Assembly: GCA_002633005.1 (NCBI GenBank)
Contig: NMRA01000159.1
Coordinates: forward strand, 361,109-425,108
DNA from: Phoronis australis
Taxonomy: Eukaryota > Animalia > Phoronida
Length of the DNA stretch: 64,000 bases
Reading direction: 5' to 3'
In this document: positions 11,512 to 34,300 of the stretch, piece after piece
Position numbering within the stretch: position 1 is the stretch's first letter
Layout: each line of letters begins with the position of its first letter
Translations under genes and position numbers: made by a program
The notes under the pieces: generated by a model
Told to the model about the DNA's origin: nothing
Databases searched by the model: none
Seen by the model: only the letters and a program-made list of their open reading frames with translations

Positions 11512-14500
11512 ATGGTTAGTTATCTTATCTTTAAACTCCAGAGGTTTAAGGGACAAAATTAAGACAAAAGATGTCTTAGAATTTTTGAGACGGAAGTGTT
11601 GAGGTATCTATTGCTTGTAAGAAACTCATTTAATTGAATCATAAATTTGTCTTCTTAGGGCCCAGTGGGGATATGATGTTTTCTTGAGCACTAAATAAAA
11701 GCTTTGAATGTGAAGTTGGTAAAATCCGTCTTGATGATAAAGGAAGTCTTGTTGTCATCGAATTACTAATTGAAAATCGAGTCTCAATAACGTTAGCTTA
11801 TATTTATGATCCCAACAAGGTTAACCCTGAATTTTTTAGAACCCTGCTTCAAGTAGTCTCTGACTACAATTCAGAGTTCATAATCATTTGCGGCGAATGG
11901 AATTCGGTTCAGGGTTTCAATCTTGATTGTTTAGGATACAAACACCAAAACAATCCGGCTGCAAGAAAACAAGTTATCAGTCTGATGTCGCAGTTAAATT
12001 TGATCGACCCGTGGCGGTTACGTAACCAAAATACAACAAGCTGCACTTGGTTCAGTATTAACCCTTGTAAGCAACCGCGTCTGGATTTTTTCTAGTGTCC
12101 GACGAGTTTTCCTCTTGGATAGAAAATATTGAAACGTCCCCTGGTTATAGAACCAATCATCATTGTGTCTTGACTACTATTCAGGCCTCTAAATTTGTTA
12201 GGGGTAAGGGTCTATGGCGACTTAACAAATCCTTATTACGTGATGTAGAATACATTAGCAATGTGACAAAATCATAGTTGAAACAGAGAAGAATATTTAT
12301 CTCCTGATAATGACTAGAATTTTTCAGATGGTCAGTCGACTATAGACAACTCTCTTCTTCTTGAGATGATTCTATTGAATATTAGAAATTATACTTTGTC
12401 TTATTCGAGCTTCAAGAAAAAAGAAAAGCATCGACATGAAAAGAATTTAGAGGAGCAATTAAGTCTTCTTAAAGAAATGATGTGCAACAATAATTGTGCT
12501 CTGCTCTTTGAAATTTATTCAGATTTGCAGAAATATTACGAAAATATTAGAAAAGACAGAGTGAAAGGCATGATGATGAGATCTCGGGCAAAATGTATCA
12601 AGGATGGTGAAAAACCGTCCAAATATTTTAGTAACTTACAAAAACGCAATGACGTGAAGAAAAGTGTTGGCAAACTTATAGACGAGACAGGACGAAGCTT
12701 GACAAACCAAAAGCTATAATGTGTGCAATCGAAAAATTCTATGCAAATTTATATGCAGCCAAAGAAAATGACTCTCTCCAATATGAATTGGAAGACTTGG
12801 TGACCCCTGAAAATATATCGAAACTATACGCCGACTTGAAGGAAAAACTAGAAGGACCAATAACATGTACTGAAGCTGCTGCTGTCCTTAAATATATGAA
12901 AAATGACAAACTCAAGGGACTGATGGTTTTCCTGTAGAGTTTTACAATTTTTTTTTTGAAAGAATTATCGCCATTTTTGATCAAATCTTCTAATTACAGT
13001 TTTTGAAGCGGCCGTCTCTCTACCACTATGCATCAAGGTGTCATTACTTTGATTCCTAAGGGCAAGAAACCACGTGAATACATTAAAAATTGGAGACCAA
13101 TCTCCTTACTAAATTCAAGTAATAACTATTATCAGCATGTATTGCACAAAGGATAAAATCTGTTTTAAGAGGCATTATCTGATGAAACCTACAGAGGTCG
13201 GTGGAGGCAAGTTAAAATGCATGGACTTTGAAAATGGGGTTTTATTAAGTTTACCAAACAATAAAAGAAAAACTTATTTCAAAAAATCCTTAAAATGTTT
13301 TTGTATGGATTACAGCACATCCAATATTCCCATGTATTCCAGAAGGAAAGTGGCTAGCCAGTGTGGAATTTCAAAAGGCTTTTATTAAAAAGTGGTTCCA
13401 AACTATTTGAAAATAAGTTAATTCATCCAAATCAAACTGGATTTCTCCCAGGTCGTTTTATCGGGGAGAACACAAGAGTGATTTATGACATGTTACAATA
13501 TACTCAAATTAAGGATATTCCCGGTCTTCTGGTATTAATTGATTTCGAAAAAGCCTTTGATCCTGTGTCCTGGGGATTTCTTAAGAAAGTTCTACACTGT
13601 TTCAATTTTGGTGACGATATTATTCGTTGGTTCACAATACTCAATCAAAGTGTCCAACTGCTGGTCATTCAATATGGTTTTACGTCTAACTACTTTAACA
13701 TTTGCCGAGGTTGCAGACAAGGGGATCCCCTTTCACCTGATCTTTCTGTTGTGTGCCGAAATTATGGCATCTATGTTGAGGCAATGCGAGAATGTTAAAG
13801 GCATACAAGTAGGCTCTTCAGAGTATACATGTAAATTAGTGCAATATGCAGACGACACGGTCCTCTTTCTAGATGGTTCAAAGACCTCTTTAAAATCGTC
13901 ATTTAACCTGCTTGATCAGTTTGCTAAGTATTCTGGTTTGACACCCAATATCGATAAAACTGTTTGTATATTAATTGGTTCCAAGATATGTTGTGGTGAT
14001 AAGCTTTGCTGTGAAAAAGATTAAAAATGGGCAAGTTCCCAGTTCACATCTCTTAGAATTACCTTCTCTGTCAACTTACAGGACATGGTTCACTTAAACT
14101 ACGATGTAAAATTAAACGAGGTCAGAAAAGGCATTGTAAATTGATCAAAAAGAAATTTAACCACCTTTGGTAAGATAAAAGTTGTCAAATCCTTTTTATT
14201 ATCAAAACTGATTCATTTCTTTTGCACACTTCATTTTCCAAATGCTTCATTTTCAGGACATTGAAAAATATTTTTAACTATATATTGGGTACCTCTTCTG
14301 ATAGAATCTCTAGAAAAACTATGGTACAGATATCTGAAGATGGAGGTGGGAATATGGTCCCTATTGCGTCATTTGTCAAAGCTATTAAACTGACTTGGAT
14401 TGGGAGATGCTTCAAAAACTATCATAACAATACTTCTTCTTGGCTAAATATTTTATGTGAAACTATTCCTAATATAAAAAGTGACTCTTTTCAGTCTGGT

Positions 14501-15220
14501 TCTTGTTTTTTCTATGAAGTATCTAACCGTACTAAGGATATTTTTGGAAGGATATTTTTACATCTTATACAAGTTTATCAATCTGTGTGAGATAGATGAC
14601 CATTTGTACCAACCTTTGCAGTATAATCCCAAAATTTGTATAGACAGTAGTCAATTTTTTTGGAATGAGTGGTTTCAAAAGGGTATAAGATACATATACG
14701 ATTTAATTGACCTTGATCAAGGATATATTTATGATTATCATACCTTTTGTACACGTTTTCAATTTTGCCCTTGTATGACTCAATTTTATGGAATTCGAAG
14801 TTCAATACTTCGTTCTTGGAATCATCTAAGAGACAAGAGTACTATAGTCACTCCACTTTTTCCAGAACATATTTTTCGAATCTCATCGTAAAATAAAGGG
14901 ACTGGGAAAATCTATTAATTATTCATATCCAAATTGTATGTGTAACCTGTATCGGAATTGAAGTGGGAGAAAGGAATTATCTTATGCGATGTTACTCATT
15001 CTTGGAAAAACTTAATTCTGTAATATACAATTGTATTTCCGATGTCAGACTCAGATGGTTTCAATTCCGTATCAACCACAGACTTATTGGTACAAACTCT
15101 TATTTAAAGAAAATTGGTGTTAGTGAATCGTCTTTATGTTATTTCTGTGTGTTGTATTGGGAATGTTCACTTGTTCAGAAGTTTTGGGGATGTTTAAGGT
15201 GGTCTTTGTTTCAAAAAACT
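11512..15220 (+). pseudogene. L1 ORF2 (APE endonuclease, reverse transcriptase, C-terminal Cys-rich region), disrupted
   Basis: Fragments SLNSRGLRDK, ETHL, DPWRLRN, RLDFFLVS, PGYRTNH, GEKPSKYF, NWRPISLLN, HPNQTGFLPGRFIGEN, IDFEKAFD, GCRQGDPLSP, QYADDT, WFQFRINHRL...CYFC...WEC. Confidence 0.92.
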
Positions 15221-17212
15221 TGCTCTAAAATGCTTAAATACTTAAGTTTTTGTCAAAAACTTAAGTTTTTGAGGATAAAAACTTATTATAAATTTTTCAG
15301 ACCAAAAATTTAAGTTTTTCAATGAAAACTTTATTTCATTTTTGTAGGGGCTTAGTTAGAACACAGATTCAAAAATCAAGCATTAATTGCCGTTCGTAAC
15401 CTTCACATCTGGCACAAACTTAAAATACACAGCTAACCTATCAGATACCAATTTTGTTGAAATTACCAGAGGCAAATTCAAAAAAACAATATAGCGCCAC
15501 TTTAGGAAGTGATGGAGTGGGACTTCCGCTTGCCCGTGTGCACGTCTATACAGTTAGCCTACTGATGAAATTTTGGAAGCGGCAGAAGGTGAACCAGTTT
15601 TCAAACACTGTGCACTGTAATGAATCACAAGATGACGTCACCTCGAGTCTTACACCCTCCGCCTTTCATAAAGTGTCATCGTTTCCGCACCTCCTCTCGA
15701 GTAATGACGTAATACATGTGTGTGTCAATACTCCCTATGATCGTCTCGTCCTCACGTATCGCCTTAACAGTCTTTGATTTCAAGGAGTCGAAGCTTTGAG
15801 GCCGGGTCAAGATAATGTGAGGTGACTTATTATTAGTATTTATGTTATTGAGAGAAATGGTATAATGTGAACTTCGAATTAACATTAAGTCATTTTAAAC
15901 AACCCAAATTACCCTAGACACTTAGGCACTAGACTTGAAAACGGAAGGCGCAATTTCTGGATTGTTTGCATGGATGTTGACATAACTTATGTGTACCGGG
16001 TACCAAATAGCAGAGCGTCTTTGTGAACATGTTGCAACAATTTTCTCCTAGTCGTCGACATTTGACATCTGTATCGAGTGTACAATAAGTTGGTTCTTCA
16101 CAATTGGCCTCAAGTTGCATTTTTTGAATTTAAAACATTTGATTTTACAATCAGACTCAAATACAGTCGTAAGAGAAATTTAGTGTTCGGAACTTTGAAA
16201 TTTCCACTTTGGCTAATCTCGTGACCAAAAACGCTTCACATCAAGAAGAATATCATTTATATCACCTCGATTTTGATTCGCCGTTTTAACTTTCCACTAA
16301 ACTGTACTTATTTAAAAACGTCCACAAATTTTAAAGAAGCTGTTGGAGGCGTCATTATCAAAAGTTTAGTCAGGAGTGACTCACAGAGGAACAAACTGAC
16401 AGTTGTGGTGTGACATTCATTAGATACATGTATAAGTAAGTAGAGATGATGAATGCGCCCTTCTCTTAACAAACTGCATCATAATTTTTGCACGAACGGA
16501 TTTTTGGCGCATGGCGTTCTAAATAGTGTTTGGTGCCACTAAAAAGTGCCTTTCTAGGTTTTTACTCAAACATGGATTGACGTGGACCCCTCAGTAGGTT
16601 TTGGTCCCGCGCCGCAGGGATATACTTAGCCACTCGCCTAGTCGCCAATGGGAGTAAAAACGTGCTGGGCGCGTATAAGCTGACTTGCCGGTCGCCCAGG
16701 TGGCGAGCGAATTTTCAGAACGCAAAAACACTATATTGTTTCCCAGGTGAGCATGAATAAATTTTCTCCTCGACCCTTGTGCTGTTTTTATCATGAATTT
16801 AAGGTTCAGTTTAGTCAGCGTGTTGATGCTCCGGCAGTAAACATCTACCGATTCAGTAGATGTCACCCGTTACGCGATTCGTCTCGACAAAAGAACACAG
16901 TGTGTGTTTATGCACAAAGGAATTTGTGGGCTAGTCTGAATCGAAGAAAAGGGTGCGGGGAGGGGGAAGGCGGAAGACCGGTCCATGTACTGGCAGCAAG
17001 TGAAATGCCGTTATTCTTGGAACTGATTTCTTATTGTAATGTACAATACAATGTCAGTTTAGCTAAAATCATTCGTCCTAATAAGCGCCCATGCCCCTGT
17101 TAGCGACCCCCGCATTCGTTTTCAGACTTCGCTAAAGTAAGTGTCCAGTCCATGAACGTGTACATATGCGAAAATGTCTTACCTACAGTTCTAAAATTCT
17201 ACAGTAATATCT

Positions 17213-17449
17213 TCATTTTATCAATAATATCCAACAGTCCTGAAAAATCGTTGTGCGCAGAATTTCTAGATCACGAGCCTCGCCGCTATGTTTGTATTTA
17301 GCCGTGGCTGTACACTTCAAAAAGAACGCAAAAATTCTGCTGATCTTGCGAGGAACTTGTCCCACTAAGGCCAGGACTTTCAGAACAGACGCAGCGTACT
17401 TGTCAACGGGATTGTATTGTATCTTTCCGGTACAGCTCTTCTTCCTCAA
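17213..17449 (-). pseudogene. HIRAN-domain-like coding relic (probably transposon-derived)
   Basis: NPVDKYAASVLK...VGQVPRKISRIFAFFL...DLEI resembles the HIRAN pattern (NPxDxxAVxV...VGHVPRxxS...GLEI). No intact gene context. Confidence 0.5.
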
Positions 17450-17954
17450 CAGGAATGCATATTACTTTTGTACACGTGAAAACCGCGAATCAAAACTTGA
17501 CGACTGTTAATGAGCACGTGGCCAAGAAGCGCGCGCTAGGGCCCACATAATAGTATGTGGGCCTACTACCGACAAATGAACTCTGATGACACGCACGCGC
17601 TCGCTCACTCGGAGCACACCTGCAGACTAACTTCAAGCCAAACGTCACGTCACAACAAGATGTGTCTTCGTCCAGATTTTTCGCTTGTTGCGAGGTGCGA
17701 TCTAGTCCAGATTTGGACTACGGTTTATCCCTACTCCACAGGAACTTAACAATCTTATAAGTACGCTATTTGGAAAACTTAAAGGAGAATGCCACCCGAT
17801 TTAATTAGTGTTTTTTACCGTCTTAATCTGTCTATATCCACATCACCTCGTATACGGTTTCACCTCGCCGAGTGGTGTCGCGTTAACCTGTGAGGAAGGT
17901 GAGAAACGACTCAGCGACGTCAGAGGTTCTTCTGCAGAGTGAGTACCGCCATAG

Positions 17955-18262
17955 AGGGGTGTATCGTTCCCGCTTGTGCAAACTAGGAAGCTACGAGGAA
18001 AGCAGGTATACAGCCTGTATCGATTTTTTAGATGTCCTCGAGAACACACAATGCTTCGGAAGTGGCTTGCGGTAGTGAAGAATGAAAAGTACGCTGTAAT
18101 ATTAAGTATGAGGCCATGAAACTTCTCCGTGTCTGTGGCCGGTATTTCGTCTACAGTGATTTCACTGACGATGGAGTTCCGGCTTACCAGACAAGCTCAT
18201 GCCAAGACATAAAAAAGACTGAGTGTGAAGTCAGACGTTGCGCCTATGGTGTTTGGGTTCGT
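17955..18262 (+). pseudogene. THAP zinc-finger relic (N-terminus of the Kolobok transposase)
   Basis: Frameshifted GCIVPACAN...FFRCPRE..LRKWLAVV...LRVCGRYF..SDF...KSDVAPMVF fits the C2CH THAP and AVPTxF pattern. Confidence 0.75.
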
Positions 18263-18479
18263 TAGACAGGAGACAAAACAACGCGGATCGGTTGTTGCTC
18301 AATTTTTAACTATGGAGAATAGTAGCTGGCCTTGGCAACATAAAAAATACAATGAATTCAAGGCATGAGAACACAACGTTTTATATAACCTGTTTGATGA
18401 CTTACTCGTTCGCCAGACTTCTGTTTGGACCTCTGGGTGTAGTATGTTTTCGCCAGTTCTTTTCCCAGTCCTAAAAACG

Positions 18480-18792
18480 TCCTAAGCAGACTTCTGTTTA
18501 GATGCGGTGCCAAATCACGATGGTCCGGGAGACATATCTACAACAAGGCGTTTCACTTGCGGACTTTCGTGCCAGCAAACGCAATTGTCAGTTGTTTCCA
18601 TTATCGTGCAGTTAGCACACTGACACCATGACAAGTCATTGAAACGGTTTTTGGAATATGTTCACGGCACCTCTCTTGTATTTCTTGATCAGTGAATTCC
18701 GGTTCGAACTGATAGCTTGTGAAACCTAACGATCGACCTGTGAAGTCTTCGTCGGATGAGCACTGGTCTAAGTCGAGATTGTGAGTTGCCAC
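18480..18792 (-). pseudogene. Relic of the Kolobok accessory ORF (KolX, P2X7 C-terminal-like Cys-rich)
   Basis: SYQFEPEF...(frameshift)...NDLSWCQCANCTIMETTDNCVCWHES fits the YxFEP...WCxCxxCxxM...CCxE pattern; lies opposite to the THAP relic. Confidence 0.7.
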
Positions 18793-21700
18793 GGTTGACG
18801 TTTATTGTTGGGCACTATGTGTTTCAAAATGAATTAGTCTCACCCTAAGCAATGCTTGTATAAAACTGAAACAAAGATGCAAAAAACTAATTCACCGGCA
18901 CCTTCACACCGTGAATAATACAGCACGTTTACAAGGAAGTCACGCATTTCTAAAGATATGCGGGAATTTTCACCGCTCGTCATTCTGAGCAGCTGGTACC
19001 AGGATCAAAGAGAGGGCGGCACCGAAATCAGGTACAATTGTGATGGCCGCATTGCCCGATGCGAGCAACACCCAATTAAATGTAATTATCCGACCATAAA
19101 CTGTATTAAATATCTCAGACTCTCAGACTGTACATAATGGCGAATTTTCATAATGCATTAACCAATATTTTCGTTATAAACGAACACAACAGCGGTATTC
19201 AGCTGGAAAAAGACAACCAATACGGTTTTCGATTTTTAAAAATGGATCAACTAATAACCTAAAAGCTACAGCCATTGGGTACGATTGAAGATAAACTACC
19301 GCGCGTATTGAAATACTCGGTGGATATACAAACGCTGATCAGAGTTAACAAAATCACATGGATTCGTTTTTTAAAATTCTTTCAATCTCGTTTAACCAGA
19401 TTTTTGACCAGGAAACAGTTTTTGTGCCCAATTTTCATTTTTTATTACTGACAAAGAGCTAGAATAGTTATATAGTCAGTCCACCGAAATTGTCCAGAAA
19501 TTCCAAATCTTCAATTTGGTTATCACCATATTTTCACTTTTGTATATATTTTATGATTTGAGTTCTAATAAAGATTAAACTTTAATGACACGTGAAATAT
19601 TTAGTGTACCTGTAATGTGGTAAGCTTAGGGATGGGCTCACAATGAACTTAATTAATTAAGTTTAGCAGGCGATCAAAATCTACCACTGTTTTGGTACTT
19701 CAAGCTTAAAACTCAGATACAAAGTTATGAACCCGTTCCGGTAAGAAAAAAAAACAAGTGGGCAGAAGCCCTTTGTGAAGATAAACACAAGTTAACCTTT
19801 TTAGTCATTTTGTAATATTTATAATGTACCAAGTTAACACTACTCTCCAGAGTTGCGGGCTATAACTCTGCAAATTCTAGAGAAAACCAAATTGGGGGTA
19901 TTATCAACAACCATTGTTGAGACAGTAGTGCTAGAAATTACCTTTCCACTTCATAGCTCAGATCTACATCAATACAATGGGCGTGCTGAATAGTCACGGT
20001 AAAAGTTGTCTGGAGCTTAGGGAATCAGAGCGGTCACCAGTGTAAGCGAGAAATTCTCCACGTTGGCCGTGTCAGCGCATGCTAATTCAGTGTTTGCTGA
20101 CAGAAAGCTGTTGTGAAACAATATCTCGATTGTATATCCTTTGGTCAGATGTTAGGGGAATCTTTATTTAGGTATTCTTATACATTATTCGAATCATTGT
20201 TACTGTGCAACTTTTGTCCTGACGGTTTTACTGTGGAAGTGTAACCTGACTTCGTGGCCCCCGACGAGCTACAGTGTAGTAAGTAAATTTGCAGTGTTCC
20301 GTCTAATTCATCAAAATAATCACATTCACATTATTCCTTTGGCTCACTGGTATAATATTTTTGTGACTGGAAGTCTAGTTTCTAACTTTGGCTGGTTTAT
20401 GTTCGTGCCGCGACGGGCGTGATCGGGTTCTGAGCCACTGGCCGGGATAACAAGCGTTTTCGTGTTTAGAACTGAAAAAATCGCAAGTCTAAAATTACAA
20501 CACACAGCTATGTTCCCTTGTTTGTATTTCATGGACGAATAATTCGAATTTATCACCGAACAGGGCCCAAAACTGCCGCGACCGACCTTGGTAAATTGGC
20601 CAACCGAACTTTGTAGGCTACCATACGTTCCAGTACCTATAAATCCGTAACAGCGAAATAAAACAACACATTTGTTCAATAACTCGATATATTTGTAAGG
20701 GTTTTACATATAATTTTGTTGAATTTCTTGGTGTAAAACGATGAATTCAAGCGATTAGTTGACACACCAGTAAGCGTGTTGTGAACTGCTGAACAGACTG
20801 CGTTCTAACCTCTGATGTCATTGGTTAATTTCAACACCTCCGTCTGCCGTCTTGTGTCAGGTAAAAGAACCGTGTTTGCAGTTATCGAGTGGAACTACTC
20901 AATCTAAATTGAAACAAAATAGGTGGCTTTTTGGGTGGCATTCTCCTTTAAGAAGGATTTCAGGTGATTTGTTGAGTCGAAACTGTATTTTTACTCACGA
21001 ATTCAAGCTGCCTCATCGACGATCGCGAGGCAGCGACGCATCAGTCCGTAAGTTTTCGCCATGGGATTTCAGCACATTTAAAAAAGGATCGTAATTTAAC
21101 AACAAAGTTTGATAGCAATGCACTACAGTATTGTAGAAAGCCTGTCATAAGTTACAGATACGCCACAGCTCGTAAATTTGATCTCACCCGTTATCGGTGA
21201 CCGGGTTTCAACCGCCTTAGGCGACAACATGCGCCCCCTTCCGAAATGAATTTTTCTAAGCACCCTGGGCGAATACGGAAGCCCTCAACGCACGAAAGGA
21301 TGATTATTATTTACACTGGCAGCATGCAAGTTTGTGGTGACAAACGCAAACGGGCGGGCGACTGAGTTTCGGGCTGGGCAAGTAGATTTTCTGGCTCATT
21401 CGCCCAGCTGGCGAGCAGGGTTTTGAAACCTGGGTACATCCCTTGCCGCGAGCACGTGCCTTAGGTAAAGACGGCACTACCCGTGATAACTCAATACTTT
21501 AAACACCGGACCTCCAGTGGACACTTCAAACATTTGTAAGCCAATCAAATTGCAACGAGGTCGTTTTTATCACGATTATTTCTACTATAAAATAGCTTGA
21601 AGGAGCAACTAATTCTTTAGCCCAAAAAGATTGCAATGAGATGCAACTATACTGAAGAGCCAGTGTTTGAATCTATTTAGCATCCGTACAATGTTTTCGT

Positions 21701-22077
21701 TGGGCTGGTGCAGACCGCTGAATAGGATGAAAAGTTGGGTATGGCGGATGTAGCGCTGCATTGAACAATCGTTTGCTTCTTTCATGACAAATTCCAATTA
21801 CATGACTCTAACAGTTCACTGAAGTGGAACATGATCAAAACGCGCTGACTATCTATCGCTGTAGTACTCTTGCAAAAACACTTCCGCCGTTTTCGCATTG
21901 CAACGGTAGCTATGGTAGGCGTGGCTTAACTGCGTGTATCGAAACTATCCAATGGACGAAGCGACAAATCCATCATTACCGTATGGTGTGCTTCTCGTGA
22001 CAATAAAACCGATATACCACTCTTATCACGACGACGACAAATTTACTCCTTGATTTGTGTCCGCGAATTCCTTAGCG

Positions 22078-33100
<11,023 letters not shown>

Positions 33101-34099
33101 CTTTGTACATGTACGTTCTGTACAGATCGGTAGCAGCCCTTCGTTAACATAAACATGTTAAAAACAATATTACACCTTTTTGGGTAAATTAACACTAATA
33201 CTAGATTCGTATTTTTATTCACTGTACAGTTATGAAGGAGATTGCCAGTACATGTATACATAACAAACAGATAAATTAAAATGTCAGCTATTTTACTAGA
33301 ACTTATCTGTCATCAGGCAAATAGCAACATGGTAGAAAAAAAGTCAAAAGTGAAAAGCTAGAAACAGCTATGTGAAAGTTTTCAACAGAAAATTCATTCG
33401 TGCTCCTAATCACGTTTCATGTTGCACGTTTAGTGAATTCGGGGGATTTCAACCCCGGCAAAACTTACAGACTTACTCTGGCTGCGGACTTGCACGGCAT
33501 TTTAGTCGAGATCATTACGGCAGTTGACAATTGTACTGAGGTATCACCTTAATATTCGACAAAATCGTCTGTTGCTCGTAGTATTTTAAAGAACCGTTCT
33601 TTCTAAAACTAAAAACTTTAGTTTTGACGAATTTCTGATCTAATAAAATACACTCTTCATTCAGGCACTTCAGATGATCAAGAAACTTTAGCATGTACAA
33701 GTTGACGAGCCCCACGCGGTCACGTGATCCACTGACATTTGAAATTGCTCCTTGAGTCGTTCACAAATATGGAAAGTAATAATGTATTTGAAAAACGACA
33801 ATAGTAACCCGAATCATTCAGAAATCAGCAGTTTCTCAGTCTTGTTCATGTGTGTTTTTAATAAAAACTCCAAGCATCGCCGACTCTGAAAAGCCTATTT
33901 TATAGGGCAATGGCGATTTCCGATAAACGGCACATCACCGGAGAGCGCTCAAGGGCAATATTTGTCATTGCATTTTGTCGTTCATTTTGTAGTCGTTAAT
34001 TAAAAAGACCCTATGTCAATAATTGCCCCGTAAAAGGAACGTTCAGTGCTCTTTATCAGAAACCTCATTAAACCATTTTTGAATATTAATACGAGTCAA

Positions 34100-34300
34100 G
34101 TCAACATTCCTTATTAAGAATATCAGTATAATTCGGTAGCAGCCCTTCGTTTATACAAACTTCGTTAAAAACACGACTAGACTTTGTTTGTAAGCTTGAT
34201 ACTGGTACACTCGTAGTTTCGGAATAGTCTCCTTTCTCAGGTGTGCAGGTATGTAGTAAAACATCAACAGACATAACAAACAAACAAACCAAAACAAATA
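34100..34300 (-). mobile_element. Penelope-like element relic with a degenerate hammerhead motif
   Basis: Minus-strand SRVFNEVCINEGLLPNYTDI resembles the N-terminal FNxxCxxExLLPxYT segment I recall from Penelope-like ORFs. It is preceded by GCACAC-CTGAGAA-AGG...CC-GAAA-CTACGA-GTGTAC. Confidence 0.5.

Larger units (their letters stand above)
7420..15220 (+). mobile_element. Near full-length decayed L1-clade (L1/Tx1-like) non-LTR retrotransposon
   Basis: 5' end GGACTTCCGGTTAAAATGGCGG; ORF1 from 7536; long inter-ORF spacer; ORF2 fragments give APE endonuclease, RT and C-terminal Cys-rich motifs. Many stops and frameshifts; interrupted by an internal duplication, the gap and a ~240-bp insert. 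Confidence 0.92.
17783..20947. mobile_element. Kolobok DNA transposon, internally deleted and decayed
   Basis: Perfect 15-bp TIR AGGAGAATGCCACCC / GGGTGGCATTCTCCT flanked by TTAA TSDs (17779-17782, 20948-20951). Contains convergent THAP and KolX-like relics. Confidence 0.9.
16615..21432. mobile_element. Possible old non-autonomous DNA transposon hosting the Kolobok insertion
   Basis: CAGG... and ...CCTG ends, with related GCTGGGC...TCGCCCAG(G/C)TGGCGAGC blocks near both ends. No TSD found. Confidence 0.3.

Noticed and set aside
12863-12870. ACATGTA in L1 ORF2 as another footprint
   Set aside because: Not preceded by T, and the GPITxxE spacing is normal, so no insertion is implied.
13179-13205. 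CTGATGA plus a short stem as a hammerhead ribozyme
   Set aside because: No GAAA follows the stem.
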